Shown: positions 30,685 to 41,540, counted from the first letter of the stretch. The stretch is 64,000 nucleotides of DNA from Candidatus Aldehydirespiratoraceae bacterium (GCA_965198365.1 OZ240617.1:10102-74101); one strand, 5' to 3'. Program-made: numbers and translations. Notes: generated from the letters alone by a model not told the origin.

Positions 30685-32685
30685 ATGCGTTCCCGGACAT
30701 TTTTTATTGCGCTGTTCCTCGCGTTCAGCTTGATTGTCGCGTCATGCGGCAACGACGACGAACCCGAAGTCAGCGACGACGATCAAACCCAGCAGCCCGC
30801 TGACGACGGCACAGACGAAACGCCGGCTGAGACTCCAGACGAAGCCGCCCCAACGGGCGAGTTGTCGTTGGATGGTTTGACGGTTGGTGTTGCGGTTGTC
30901 GGCACCCAGCACTTCTGGGACCGTGAAGCGTTCGAGGGCGCGGTGGCCGAGGTTGAGCGCCTAGGCGGCACCGCGGTGACCACCGACGGAGGCCGCGACA
31001 ACCAAGTCCACGCCGACAACCACGACGTGTTCTTGACCCGCCAAGTCGACGCGGTGATCACCATCTTGGGAGACGCCGCGGTCGAACCCAAGCTGGAAGC
31101 GTTGAAAAACGCTGGAATCGCGGTGTTCGGCGTCGACCACGCCTCGCCACACATCATCAACAACACCGGCTCAGACAACTTCTACGCGGGCTCGTCCGCG
31201 GGTCGTAACATGGGCGACGCCATCGGCGGGGCCGGCAACGTGGCAGTGTTCAACGCCTTCGGCGAAGTGCTGTCGTTCTGCGGCGACCGCTACAACAACT
31301 GGCGCTACGTGTTGGACAACGCCTACCCCGAAATCACCGTCGTCGAGGAACTCGCCGAAGAGTTCGCCAACGCCCCCGAAGACGCCCGCCAGCAGACCCT
31401 CGATCTGCTCGAGCGCTACCCCGAGGGTGAACTCCACGCCATCCACGTGGCCTGCTGGGACCAGCCCGCCATCGGCGTGTACGAGGCACTCAACGAAGCC
31501 GGACGCACCGAGATCATCGTCTCGGCCATAGACGCCGGACCCGACACCTTGTCGCTCATGTTGGAACCCAACTCCAACTGGGTCGTCAACGTAGCCCAGC
31601 AACCACGCCAAATCGCCACCATCGCCGTGCAGAACGCGGCACGGCACCTCGCCGGCGAAACCGTGCTGCCCCAAAGCTACGTCGACGTCCTCCCCGTCAA
31701 AGGCGCCGAACAAGCCGCAGACGTCTTCGAACAACTCGGATACGGCGACGCTCCCGACGTGGCCCCCTCCGGCGACGCCGGCATACCCGTTGATCAACTG
31801 TCGTTGGATGGTTTGACGGTTGGTGTTGCGGTTGTCGGCACCCAGCACTTCTGGGACCGTGAAGCGTTCGAGGGCGCGGTGGCCGAGGTTGAGCGCCTAG
31901 GCGGCACCGCGGTGACCACCGACGGAGGCCGCGACAACCAAGTCCACGCCGACAACCACGACGTGTTCTTGACCCGCCAAGTCGACGCGGTGATCACCAT
32001 CTTGGGAGACGCCGCGGTCGAACCCAAGCTGGAAGCGTTGAAAAACGCTGGAATCGCGGTGTTCGGCGTCGACCACGCCTCGCCACACATCATCAACAAC
32101 ACCGGCTCAGACAACTTCTACGCGGGCTCGTCCGCGGGTCGTAACATGGGCGACGCCATCGGCGGGGCCGGCAACGTGGCAGTGTTCAACGCCTTCGGCG
32201 AAGTGCTGTCGTTCTGCGGCGACCGCTACAACAACTGGCGCTACGTGTTGGACAACGCCTACCCCGAAATCACCGTCGTCGAGGAACTCGCCGAAGAGTT
32301 CGCCAACGCCCCCGAAGACGCCCGCCAGCAGACCCTCGATCTGCTCGAGCGCTACCCCGAGGGTGAACTCCACGCCATCCACGTGGCCTGCTGGGACCAG
32401 CCCGCCATCGGCGTGTACGAGGCACTCAACGAAGCCGGACGCACCGAGATCATCGTCTCGGCCATAGACGCCGGACCCGACACCTTGTCGCTCATGTTGG
32501 AACCCAACTCCAACTGGGTGGTCAACGTAGCCCAGCAACCACGCCGAATCGCCACCATCGCCGTGCAGAACGCGGCACGGCACCTCGCAGGCGAAACCGT
32601 GCTGCCCCAAAGCTACGTCGAGGTCCTCCCCGTCAAAGGCGCCGAACAAGCCGCAGACGTCTTCGAACAACTCGGATACGGCTGA
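30685..32685 (+). CDS. Sugar ABC transporter substrate-binding lipoprotein with two near-identical binding modules
   Basis: Lipobox IVASC; RbsB-like module present twice. Confidence 0.9.
   Translation: MRSRTFFIALFLAFSLIVASCGNDDEPEVSDDDQTQQPADDGTDETPAETPDEAAPTGELSLDGLTVGVAVVGTQHFWDREAFEGAVAEVERLGGTAVTTDGGRDNQVHADNHDVFLTRQVDAVITILGDAAVEPKLEALKNAGIAVFGVDHASPHIINNTGSDNFYAGSSAGRNMGDAIGGAGNVAVFNAFGEVLSFCGDRYNNWRYVLDNAYPEITVVEELAEEFANAPEDARQQTLDLLERYPEGELHAIHVACWDQPAIGVYEALNEAGRTEIIVSAIDAGPDTLSLMLEPNSNWVVNVAQQPRQIATIAVQNAARHLAGETVLPQSYVDVLPVKGAEQAADVFEQLGYGDAPDVAPSGDAGIPVDQLSLDGLTVGVAVVGTQHFWDREAFEGAVAEVERLGGTAVTTDGGRDNQVHADNHDVFLTRQVDAVITILGDAAVEPKLEALKNAGIAVFGVDHASPHIINNTGSDNFYAGSSAGRNMGDAIGGAGNVAVFNAFGEVLSFCGDRYNNWRYVLDNAYPEITVVEELAEEFANAPEDARQQTLDLLERYPEGELHAIHVACWDQPAIGVYEALNEAGRTEIIVSAIDAGPDTLSLMLEPNSNWVVNVAQQPRRIATIAVQNAARHLAGETVLPQSYVEVLPVKGAEQAADVFEQLGYG
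30863..32682 (+). repeat. About 884-bp internal duplication (offset 936 bp)
   Basis: 30863-31746 versus 31799-32682; I see only about 4 differences, all near the 3' end. Confidence 0.92.
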
Positions 32686-32763
32686 GTGCTCACGCTCTCT
32701 CCACCTCTGGCAGCATTTCAGGGAACGCAGTTGTCTGTAGTGCCAACAAGCTGAGAGGGACAC

Positions 32764-34365
32764 ATGGCTAACAAGGTTGACGCAACGTCGAGTGCCCTGT
32801 CGATGCGCAGCATCTCCAAAGCGTTTACGGGGGTGCAGGCGCTCGACGGCGCCAGCCTGGCCGTGGCACCACGAGAGATCCACGGCCTCGTCGGTGAGAA
32901 CGGGGCCGGCAAGTCAACCATCATCAAGGTGCTGGCCGGGATCTACGAGGCTGACAGCGGATCGGTGGAAGTCGACGGGTCCACTCTCGAACAGGTCACC
33001 CCCGAGATCGTGCACGAGCGGGGGGTACGTTTCATCCACCAAGAGCTCAGTCTGGTACCGCACTTCAACGTCACCGAGTCGGTGTTCATGGCCCAGGAGA
33101 AACGGGGGCCGCTCGGACTCGAGTCCCGCAAGATGCGCCGCCAATCCGAGCAATTCCTAGCCGAGACGCTCGGACTGGAGATCGACGGCCGCACCCTTGT
33201 ACGTGAACTCACCGTGGCCCAGCAGAAACTGGTGCAGATCGCCCGTGCCCTCATCGACGGCCAAGCCAGATTGGTGGTGTTCGACGAGCCGACCGCCGTG
33301 CTCGGCGCCAAGGACATCAACACCTTGTTCAACGACATCCGCAAGCTGCGTGACACCGGTATCTCCATCGTCTACGTGTCCCACTACCTGTCGGAGATCA
33401 CCGAGATCTGCGATCGGGTGACGGTGTTCCGCAACGGTGAGGATGTGGGCACCATCGACCTCGCCGAAAACGGATCCGCGCCCAGCCCCGGAACCAGCAG
33501 CGAGGGCTCGGGCTGGGAGTCGTCGAAGGGGTCGCCCCACCAGGGCGAGATCATCAAGCTGATGGTCGGCCGGGAGATTACAGACATGTATCCCGACAAG
33601 CAGGCCGAGCCAGGCGACGCGCTGCTCGAAGTGGCCGGTCTCAGCGACGGGTCGCGTTTCTCCGACGTGGGCTTCTCGGTGAAGGCCGGCGAGATCGTCG
33701 GCCTCACCGGGATCATCGGCTCGGGGCGCGAAGCACTCGTTGACACCATCTACGGGATTCGCCGGGTCCGCCGGGGCACCGTCAAGGTTGACGGGAGCCC
33801 GGTCAAGCTGCGCTCCCCGGCCCAGGCGATACGGTCCGGTCTGGTGCTGGTGCCCCGCGACCGCCGCAACGACGGTCTAGTGCTCGACATGAGCGTCGGC
33901 GACAACGTCAACGTGGCCACCCTCGATGCGGTCAGTTCCAAGCTGGGCTGGCTCCTGCGGGGCCAGGCCCGGGACCGCTCGGACCAGCTTGTGGAGCAAC
34001 TCGACGTGAGGCCCCGCCGCTCAGACACCATCGTGCGGTTTCTGAGCGGCGGCAACCAGCAGAAAGTGGTGCTGGCCAAGTGGCTGGCGACCTCGTCCAA
34101 AGTCTTCGTGCTCGACCAGCCCACCACCGGCGTCGATGTCGGCGCCCGCAGCGAGATCTACTCGCTGATCGCCCAGCTGGCCGAGGACGGAGCCGGGGTG
34201 ATCGTGTCATCAAACGACCTGGCCGAGATCCTCGGCATCTGCGATCGGGTGCTTGTCATGGTGCGGGGCCGCATCGTGGCAGAACGACCCACCGCCGGCC
34301 TAGCTTTGGACGAGCTCGTGGCACTCACCACGGGCAGCGCCGCCGCCGAGAGTGCCGGGCCGTGA
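32764..34365 (+). CDS. Sugar ABC transporter ATP-binding protein (RbsA-like)
   Basis: GENGAGKST, FDEPT, LSGGNQQK, GVDVGA. Confidence 0.93.
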   Translation: MANKVDATSSALSMRSISKAFTGVQALDGASLAVAPREIHGLVGENGAGKSTIIKVLAGIYEADSGSVEVDGSTLEQVTPEIVHERGVRFIHQELSLVPHFNVTESVFMAQEKRGPLGLESRKMRRQSEQFLAETLGLEIDGRTLVRELTVAQQKLVQIARALIDGQARLVVFDEPTAVLGAKDINTLFNDIRKLRDTGISIVYVSHYLSEITEICDRVTVFRNGEDVGTIDLAENGSAPSPGTSSEGSGWESSKGSPHQGEIIKLMVGREITDMYPDKQAEPGDALLEVAGLSDGSRFSDVGFSVKAGEIVGLTGIIGSGREALVDTIYGIRRVRRGTVKVDGSPVKLRSPAQAIRSGLVLVPRDRRNDGLVLDMSVGDNVNVATLDAVSSKLGWLLRGQARDRSDQLVEQLDVRPRRSDTIVRFLSGGNQQKVVLAKWLATSSKVFVLDQPTTGVDVGARSEIYSLIAQLAEDGAGVIVSSNDLAEILGICDRVLVMVRGRIVAERPTAGLALDELVALTTGSAAAESAGP

Positions 34366-35366
34366 CCGCGCCGGCCACCCATCACGCGCCGGCCGTCTCC
34401 ACAGCCCGGCGGGTGTTGCATTTCGCCATATCCCGCGGCCCGTTGGTGGTGTTCGCGGTGCTGTTGATCTACCTGTCATTCAAATCCGAGTTCTTCTTGG
34501 AGTGGCGCAACATCAAGAGCATCCTGCGCCAGAGCGCTCCCGACGCCATCTTGGCCAGCGGCCTGGCCGTGGTGGTGATGGCCGGCGGCGACGACGTGGT
34601 GGTCGGCGGCATCGACATCAGCATCCCCGCCGCCGCTACGCTGGGCGTGGGCCTCATCGCCGACCAGTTGGTGGGCGGCACACCACTATTGTGGGCCTTC
34701 CTTTTAGGCGCGGCCGCGGTCCTGGCCGTCGGCGTGGCCAACGCCTTCCTCGTGGTCTACGTCAAGCTCACCCCGCTGCTGGCCACCCTGGCCACCCTGG
34801 TAGCTTCTGTCGGGCTGTACCGATGGGCGATCAGCAACCGGCGCATCACCGTTTTGGACAACGAATTCGTGAACGAGGTGCGCGACGGTGACTTCCTCGG
34901 CATCCCGGTTCCCGCGCTCTTCATGCTGGGCACGCTGCTGTTGGTGGGGGGCATCTCCCACCGCACCCGCTTCGGCATCCGCATGCAGGCAGTGGGCGGC
35001 AACCGGTCGGCCGCCGAGATCGCCGGTCTGCGCCCGGGTCGCTATCTCGCGGCCAGCTTCATCCTGGCCAGTTTCTGCGGCGTCATCGCCTCCATCGTGT
35101 TGATCGCCCGGGGCTCCGGACTCTCGCCGGGTATCGAAGAGCGGCTCCTGGTCGACATGGTGCTCGCCACCTTCGTGGGCGCGGCGTTCTCGCCGCGGCG
35201 GGTGGTGACCGTACCCGGCGCGGTGGCCGGCGCGATCCTGGTGAAGGCGCTGGGCAACGGCTTCCAGCTCATCCAGGTGGACCTGTTCAAGATCGGCATG
35301 ATCAAAGGCGTCCTCATCCTGGTGGTGGTGGCCAGCTCGGCCCTGGTAGGGAGGCTCCGTCAATGA
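34362..35366 (+). CDS. Sugar ABC transporter permease
   Basis: GGIDIS, P.LATL, RTRFG..AVGGN..AA..AG; GTG overlaps the upstream stop. Confidence 0.9.
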   Translation: MTAPATHHAPAVSTARRVLHFAISRGPLVVFAVLLIYLSFKSEFFLEWRNIKSILRQSAPDAILASGLAVVVMAGGDDVVVGGIDISIPAAATLGVGLIADQLVGGTPLLWAFLLGAAAVLAVGVANAFLVVYVKLTPLLATLATLVASVGLYRWAISNRRITVLDNEFVNEVRDGDFLGIPVPALFMLGTLLLVGGISHRTRFGIRMQAVGGNRSAAEIAGLRPGRYLAASFILASFCGVIASIVLIARGSGLSPGIEERLLVDMVLATFVGAAFSPRRVVTVPGAVAGAILVKALGNGFQLIQVDLFKIGMIKGVLILVVVASSALVGRLRQ

Positions 35367-36340
35367 CCGGGCACCCCTCCACCCTCACCCTGTTGTCCCG
35401 CTACGGGTTCTTGGTGGTGTTCCTGGGCTTCTTCGTATTCTTCGCCACCCGCTCCGACGCTTTCTTGAACGGCAGCAACCTGGTCAACATCCTTGAGGGC
35501 AACGCCATCTTGCTGGTGGCCGCTCTAGGGATGACCCTGGTGGTCGCCTCGGGAGGCATCGACCTGTCCATCGGCATCGCCATCGACTTCGGTGGCTGGC
35601 TGGCCATCGTCGCCATGATGGATTACGACGTGGCCTGGCCACTGGCCGTCATCGTGGGCATCGTCGTGGGCGCTGGGGTGGGGTTGTTCAACAGCGTCCT
35701 CATCGTCTGGCTGGGTGTCAGCCCTTTCCTGGCCACGCTCGGCACGTTCTTCATCGGAGGCAGCATCCAGCAGATCTACACCAGCGGCGGCGGCCAAGTG
35801 CCGTTTCGCGAGATGCCCGAGGGTTACCAGGCCCTGGCCACCGGTGACACGCTCGGCATCCCCAACGAGATCGTCATCGGCGTCATCGTCCTGTTGCTGT
35901 TCTACGTGTTCCTCGAGCGGTCCATCCACGGTAAGCGCATCCACGCCATCGGCCTCCAGCGCAGCGCCGCTGCGGTGGCCGGCATCAACGTGAAGGCCTA
36001 TCTGTGGACGACGTTCATCGTGGCGTCGGCCTCCGCTTCGGTGGGAGGCGTCATCGCCACCGCCGGGCTGCGTCAGTTCACCCCGCTCGCCGGGTTCAGC
36101 TACCTGCTCGACGCAATCGCCGCGGTGTTCATCGGCGCCTCGATGCACCCCCAGCAGCGTCCCAACGTGCCCGGCACCCTGGTCGGCGTGCTGTTCTTGG
36201 GGATGGTCTCCAACGGGCTCAATCTCATGGGCCTGGACTTCAACTTCCGCGACGCTCTCGAAGGGCTCATCCTGGTTGGCGCCATCGCACTGGCTGTGTC
36301 GCAGCGCCGCCTGCTCGGCCGCACCGGAGCACCGGCATGA
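35363..36340 (+). CDS. Sugar ABC transporter permease
   Basis: GMTLVV.SGGIDLS, PFLATLG, LDAIAAVFIG. Confidence 0.92.
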   Translation: MTGHPSTLTLLSRYGFLVVFLGFFVFFATRSDAFLNGSNLVNILEGNAILLVAALGMTLVVASGGIDLSIGIAIDFGGWLAIVAMMDYDVAWPLAVIVGIVVGAGVGLFNSVLIVWLGVSPFLATLGTFFIGGSIQQIYTSGGGQVPFREMPEGYQALATGDTLGIPNEIVIGVIVLLLFYVFLERSIHGKRIHAIGLQRSAAAVAGINVKAYLWTTFIVASASASVGGVIATAGLRQFTPLAGFSYLLDAIAAVFIGASMHPQQRPNVPGTLVGVLFLGMVSNGLNLMGLDFNFRDALEGLILVGAIALAVSQRRLLGRTGAPA

Positions 36341-37764
36341 ACGTGCTAGCCGTGGATGCGGGCACCACCGCGGTCAAGGCCGCTGTCGCCGACCAAACCG
36401 GCGACATCGCCCGGGTGAGCCGAGTGACAGTCGACCGGGGTCCCGGCCCCGGCCCCGGCATCGACCCCGAGCAGTACTGGAAAGCCGTCGCCCAAGCCAT
36501 CTCCGAAGTCGCCAACACGGCAACCGCTGTCGACGCGGTGACCGTGACCGGCCAGGGTGACGGGCTGTGGACGCTGGACGCAAACGGCGCCCCCACAGGC
36601 GACGCCTTGGAATGGAACTCGACGGTGGCCGGCGAGATCGTCGCCCAATGGGAGGCCGACGGCACAATCGCAGACCACTACGCCCGCACTGCCACGGTGC
36701 TGTGGCCCGGAACCACCGCCGCGCTGTGGAACTGGGCGCAACAACACCAACCCCGACTGGTGGCCGACACCCGCCGCGTGTTCTACGCCAAAGACTGGAT
36801 CAACTATCGCCTCTGCGGGACGATCGCCACCGACATCACCGACGCCACCATCCCGTTCCTGGACATCTTCGCCGGCCGATACGACCCCCAGGCCTTCTCC
36901 TCGCTGGGGTGCGACGACCTCGCCTTCGCCATGGCTCCGATCGTCGGTGCCGGAACCGAGATCGGCGCCATCACCGCCGACGCCGCGGCGGCCACCGGCC
37001 TCGCTGCGGGAACGCCGGTGCTGATGGGCACAATCGACGTGGTGGCTATGACCCGGGGGGTGGGGGTGAGCGCGCCCGGCCAGGCCGTGGCCGTGCTGGG
37101 CACCACCGCGGCCGGTATGGCCATCGTCGACCGGCTCGACACCGGCGGCGAACCGGTGGGGGCCACGCTGCGGATCGACCACGCCGAGCAGCGGTTTCTG
37201 CGGGTGATGGGAGCGTTGTCGGGCACCAGCACGCTCGACTGGTTCCTAGCCGAGTTCTACCCTTCGGCGTCATCGCCCCACGAAGCCTTCTGGGCCGACT
37301 TCGGCACCGCCGAACCCGGGGTGGTCATGCTCCCTTATCTGGCCGGGGAGCGGGCCCCGTTCCTAGCCCCGCAGGCCACCGGGGCCTTCTTCGGCATCAC
37401 CGGCCGCACCAGCCGCGCCGATCTCGCCCGGGCCGTCGCCTTGGGTATCACGTTCTCGCTGCGCCACTGCGTGGAGCACGCGGCGTCAACCACGCCCGAC
37501 ACGGTGGTGCTCACCGGCGGCGGCACCACCAGCGCCACATGGTGCCAACTCGTCGCCGACGTCATGGGCGCCACGGTGACCGTCGACGACCGCCCGCATG
37601 TGGCCTGCGCAGGAGCGGCGGCCATCGCCGCGGGCCGAGCGCCGGCCACAGCGCCTGAGCGCCCGCCCTACGAGCCCCGCCACGACTTCACCGCCGAATT
37701 CGGCGAATTCCTGGCCATCACCCACGCCATGCGGCCAATCTGGGAAGGAATGAACCCGCGATGA
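36337..37764 (+). CDS. FGGY-family carbohydrate kinase (EryA/L-xylulokinase-like)
   Basis: AVDAGTTAVK, TGQGDG, PYLAGERAPF, LTGGG..W.QL.ADV. Confidence 0.9.
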   Translation: MNVLAVDAGTTAVKAAVADQTGDIARVSRVTVDRGPGPGPGIDPEQYWKAVAQAISEVANTATAVDAVTVTGQGDGLWTLDANGAPTGDALEWNSTVAGEIVAQWEADGTIADHYARTATVLWPGTTAALWNWAQQHQPRLVADTRRVFYAKDWINYRLCGTIATDITDATIPFLDIFAGRYDPQAFSSLGCDDLAFAMAPIVGAGTEIGAITADAAAATGLAAGTPVLMGTIDVVAMTRGVGVSAPGQAVAVLGTTAAGMAIVDRLDTGGEPVGATLRIDHAEQRFLRVMGALSGTSTLDWFLAEFYPSASSPHEAFWADFGTAEPGVVMLPYLAGERAPFLAPQATGAFFGITGRTSRADLARAVALGITFSLRHCVEHAASTTPDTVVLTGGGTTSATWCQLVADVMGATVTVDDRPHVACAGAAAIAAGRAPATAPERPPYEPRHDFTAEFGEFLAITHAMRPIWEGMNPR

Positions 37765-38852
37765 TTCCCGAAACCATGTATGTGGGGGTGTACTACGGCC
37801 CCGGAGACATCCGCGTGGAGGTCGCGCCCGTCCCCAAGATCGGAGACGACGAGATGCTGGTCAAGACACTGGCCACGTCCCTGTGTGCCAGTGAGGCCAT
37901 GGACTGGTACTCCCGGAGGGACGGCGGAAAGATCCTCGGCCACGAGCCGGTGGGATTGGTCGCAGAGCTGGGTCGAGACGTCACCGGCCTGGAGATCGGC
38001 GACAGGGTGTTCGTCAACCACCATGTGGGGCGGATGAACTCCCACTGGGGAGTGCGGGGACGCTTCACCAAAGACCCGGTCTTCAAGCAGAACCGGCTCG
38101 ACCCCGGGGCCATGGCCGAGTACTTCCGTGTCAGCGCCGCCCACCTGCGCGCCGATGTCCACAAACTGCCCGACACCATCGCTGACGACGTTGCCACCAC
38201 CATCGAACCGTGGTCGTGCGTGCTCGGCGGGCTCAAGCAGTGTCTGATCCAGCCTGGCGACACCGTGGCGGTGGTGGGCGCTGGGTTCATGGGGCTGGGT
38301 TTCGTCCACATCGCCCCCCTGTTCGGCGCTGGCCAGGTGATCGCGTTGGACCTCTCAGACTGGCGCCTGGGTAAGGCTGTCGAACTCGGTGCCACCCACA
38401 CAATCAACCCCCAGCACGCCGACGCGCCCGCCGCGATCAAAGACCTCAACCGGGGTCTGCTCGCCGACGTCGTGGTCGTGACCGCCCCCTCGATAACCGC
38501 CTGGGACTCGGCGTTGGAGCTGGTGGAACCGGGCGGCAACCTCCACCTGGGGGCGCCCGCGCCGCCCGGCACGCAGTTCGGCCTCGACGGTGCAGACACC
38601 TACTTCAGCGAGATCACCATCAACTCCAAATACTCGGCCGACCACCGCGACACCTACCAGCTGATCCGGCTCATCGAAGCAGGCCGAGTCGATCCCCGAC
38701 CGGCCATCACCCACCGGCTCCCCTTCGCCCAACTACCCGACGGGTTCGACCTGCTCAGCGACGCCGGCGAATCCCTCAAGATCGTGATGATGCCCCCCGA
38801 TCCCGTCAAGGAGCCCCCCGACCCCCTCAAGGAGACAGGCCATGTTGGATGA
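37761..38852 (+). CDS. Zn-dependent (MDR) polyol dehydrogenase
   Basis: LCASE, GHEPVG, EPWSC, VGAGFMG; structural-Zn cysteines absent. Confidence 0.88.
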   Translation: MIPETMYVGVYYGPGDIRVEVAPVPKIGDDEMLVKTLATSLCASEAMDWYSRRDGGKILGHEPVGLVAELGRDVTGLEIGDRVFVNHHVGRMNSHWGVRGRFTKDPVFKQNRLDPGAMAEYFRVSAAHLRADVHKLPDTIADDVATTIEPWSCVLGGLKQCLIQPGDTVAVVGAGFMGLGFVHIAPLFGAGQVIALDLSDWRLGKAVELGATHTINPQHADAPAAIKDLNRGLLADVVVVTAPSITAWDSALELVEPGGNLHLGAPAPPGTQFGLDGADTYFSEITINSKYSADHRDTYQLIRLIEAGRVDPRPAITHRLPFAQLPDGFDLLSDAGESLKIVMMPPDPVKEPPDPLKETGHVG

Positions 38853-39486
38853 CCTTCGGGCCGAAGTGTTGGAGATGAACCTCGAACTGCCGCGAAACCG
38901 CCTCGTGGTGTGGAGCGGAGGCAACGTCAGCGGGCGCGACCCCGACTCCGGCTGCGTGGTGATCAAGCCGAGCGGCGTGCCCTTCGACCAGCTCACCGTC
39001 CGCTCGATGGTGGTCGTCGACCCCGACGGAACCGTCAAAGAGGGCGACCTGAAGCCCTCGGTTGATCTGGGCATCCACCTCTACCTGTACGCCGCCCGTC
39101 CCGACGTGTCCGGTATCACCCACACGCACTCCCCCTACGCCACCAGTTTCTCGCTCCACGACGAGGGCATACCAGCCGCGCTCACCCCGCTCACCCATCT
39201 CATCGGCGGCGGGGTCCCCTGCACCCGCTACGCCACCCCCGGCGCCCAAGACACCGGCGCGGCCATCATCGAGTCGGTGGGCGAGACCGGCATGGCGGCC
39301 ATCGTCGCCCGCCACGGCGTGTTCACATTGGGCGGCTCGGCCCGCCAGTCGGTGGAGATCGCCCTGCATGTGGAGGAGGCGGCCATGAGCATCCGGCTCG
39401 CCCAGCAGACGGGGCCCGTGACGCCCATGGACGACGAGGAAATCGCCCGCTGTTTTGCCTGGTACCGCACCAACTACGGCCAGTAG
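38842..39486 (+). CDS. Class II aldolase/L-ribulose-5-phosphate 4-epimerase family protein
   Basis: WSGGNVSGRD, IKPSG, HTHS.YAT, HGVF, Y..NYGQ. Confidence 0.88.
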   Translation: MLDDLRAEVLEMNLELPRNRLVVWSGGNVSGRDPDSGCVVIKPSGVPFDQLTVRSMVVVDPDGTVKEGDLKPSVDLGIHLYLYAARPDVSGITHTHSPYATSFSLHDEGIPAALTPLTHLIGGGVPCTRYATPGAQDTGAAIIESVGETGMAAIVARHGVFTLGGSARQSVEIALHVEEAAMSIRLAQQTGPVTPMDDEEIARCFAWYRTNYGQ

Positions 39487-39488
39487 AA

Positions 39489-39538
39489 CCTATGCCCGAC
39501 CCCATGCCCGACCCTATGCCCGACACAATGCCCGACAC
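39489..39538. repeat. 12-bp tandem repeat x4, intergenic
   Basis: atgcccgac at 39492, 39504, 39516 and 39528. Confidence 0.85.
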
Positions 39539-39558
39539 ATGGACCACTGTTCGAAAGG

Positions 39559-40470
39559 ATGAGTATGACCACTACCGCCGAGCTTGAGAACCTCGCCGAG
39601 CGAATTCGCAACCGCGTCTTCGAGCATGTGCTCAAGAACAACGGCGGCTACCTCTCCCAGGCCTTGTCCGCCGGGGAGATCTTCGCCGCCCTGTACGGGT
39701 CTGTGCTCAAACTAGGCCCGGTGGAGGGAAGCCCCATGCCCGGACAGTTCGCCGGCGTGCCTAACAAACACAACAGCGCCTACTACTCGGGCGGACGGTT
39801 CAATGGCGGTCCCGGCCCGGACCGGGACCGCTTCTTGTTCTCCCCGGCCCATTACGCCCTCGTGCTGTACGCCGCGCTGATCGAAGCGGGTCGCCTCGAC
39901 GCCTCGGCACTCGACGAGTTCAATGTCGACGGGTCGACCATGGAGATGATCGGCGCCGAGCACTCTCCCGGCGTCGAGACCACCACCGGGTCGCTAGCCC
40001 AAGCGCTGAGCCAGGCGTGCGGCATCGCGCTGGCCCGCCGGATGCGGGGCGAATCGGGGCGCACCTGGGTTTTCATGTCCGACGGCGAGTTCCAGGAGGG
40101 CCAAACCTGGGAAACGCTCCAATTTGCCTCCTACCACCGCCTGGACAAACTGCGTGCTGTGGTCGACGCCAACGGACAGCAGTGCGACGGCGCCATGGAC
40201 GACGTGATGAGCATCGAGCCCATCATCGAACGCATCCGCTCCTTCGGTTGTGAGGCCGCCGCCGTCGACGGCCACGACATCGCCCAACTCACAGCCGAAA
40301 TGGACCAGCAGATCGACAAGCCGCTGATCGTGATCGCCCGAACCAACCCCGCCCACACTCTGCCGCTGCTGCAAGAGCGGGCTCCGGTGCTGCACTACCT
40401 GCGATTCACATCCGACGAGGAGCGCAACCGCTACCAAGCCGCCTACGAAGAGAGGATGGTCGCTGTCTGA
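39559..40470 (+). CDS. Split transketolase, N-terminal (ThDP-binding) subunit
   Basis: DRDRF, TTGSL.Q, SDGEFQEGQTWE, VDGHD. Confidence 0.9.
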   Translation: MSMTTTAELENLAERIRNRVFEHVLKNNGGYLSQALSAGEIFAALYGSVLKLGPVEGSPMPGQFAGVPNKHNSAYYSGGRFNGGPGPDRDRFLFSPAHYALVLYAALIEAGRLDASALDEFNVDGSTMEMIGAEHSPGVETTTGSLAQALSQACGIALARRMRGESGRTWVFMSDGEFQEGQTWETLQFASYHRLDKLRAVVDANGQQCDGAMDDVMSIEPIIERIRSFGCEAAAVDGHDIAQLTAEMDQQIDKPLIVIARTNPAHTLPLLQERAPVLHYLRFTSDEERNRYQAAYEERMVAV

Positions 40471-41477
40471 TGGAACTCGTCTCCCGACCCCATGTCGACA
40501 ACTTCATCAAGTGGTGCGCCACCCGCCCCGAAGTCCTCGTGCTGTCCGCCGACCTCACCAACTCCTGCGAGGTGGGACTGTGGCGCGACACCTACCCCGA
40601 CCGCTTCATCACCGCCGGCATGGCCGAGCAGAACATGCTGGGCGTGGCCGGCGGCCTGGCCCGGGAGGGCTTCGTGCCCTTCATCCACACGTTCGCTGTG
40701 TTCATCTACCGCCGCGCCTACGACCAGCTGGCCATGTCGGTGGCCTACCCGAACTTGAAGGTTCGCTTGGTGGGCTTCCTGCCCGGCATCGTCACCCCTG
40801 GGGGCGTCACCCATCAGGCCATCGAGGACATCGCCATCATGCGAACCACCCCCAACATGACGGTGGTGGAAACCGGTGACGCCACCGAGGCGGAGTCGGT
40901 GCTCGACGCCATCGAGCATGTGAGCGGCCCGGTGTACGTGCGGATGCTGAGAGGAGATTTGCCTCGACTGTTTCCCGCAGAGGAGCCCATGGTGCTCGGC
41001 CGGTCTCGCCTGCTCAACGAGGGAGACGACGTCACCGTGATCACCGCCGGCGTCACCACCGAGGAGGCACTGCGGGCCACCCAGGCCCTCGAAGCCCAGG
41101 GAGTAGGACTCACCCACGTGCACGTCTCCACCCACAAGCCCTTCGGCGACCCGATCCTTCACGACGCAATCCGACGGGCCCGCCACGGCGTGATCACCGT
41201 GGAGAATCACGTCGTGACCGGCGGGCTGGGCTCGGCGGTCGCCGAGTACATGGCCGAGCGCGGCATGGGCACCCGCCTGGTGCGCCTCGGCTTGCAGGAC
41301 ACCTACGCCCACGGTGCATCCAAGCCCTACCTGATGAGGGAATACCGCCTCGACGCCGCGGCCCTCGCGGAATCCGTCGAGCAGCTCATCGGCCGCCCAC
41401 TGGCCATCTCCGAACAAGACCTCAAGTCCGTGCGCCTCGACGCCGTCCACAGTGCCGCCAAAGCCGAAGCCCTCTGA
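40470..41477 (+). CDS. Split transketolase, C-terminal subunit
   Basis: LSADL, G.AEQNM.G.A.GLA, RAYDQ, THQAIED, ENH..GGLGSAVAE. Confidence 0.9.
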   Translation: MELVSRPHVDNFIKWCATRPEVLVLSADLTNSCEVGLWRDTYPDRFITAGMAEQNMLGVAGGLAREGFVPFIHTFAVFIYRRAYDQLAMSVAYPNLKVRLVGFLPGIVTPGGVTHQAIEDIAIMRTTPNMTVVETGDATEAESVLDAIEHVSGPVYVRMLRGDLPRLFPAEEPMVLGRSRLLNEGDDVTVITAGVTTEEALRATQALEAQGVGLTHVHVSTHKPFGDPILHDAIRRARHGVITVENHVVTGGLGSAVAEYMAERGMGTRLVRLGLQDTYAHGASKPYLMREYRLDAAALAESVEQLIGRPLAISEQDLKSVRLDAVHSAAKAEAL

Positions 41478-41540
41478 GCCCCGCCCCAGGGAACGACCTT
41501 CTAATCGCTAATCGTCCTAATCACTAATCGTCCAAAAGGG

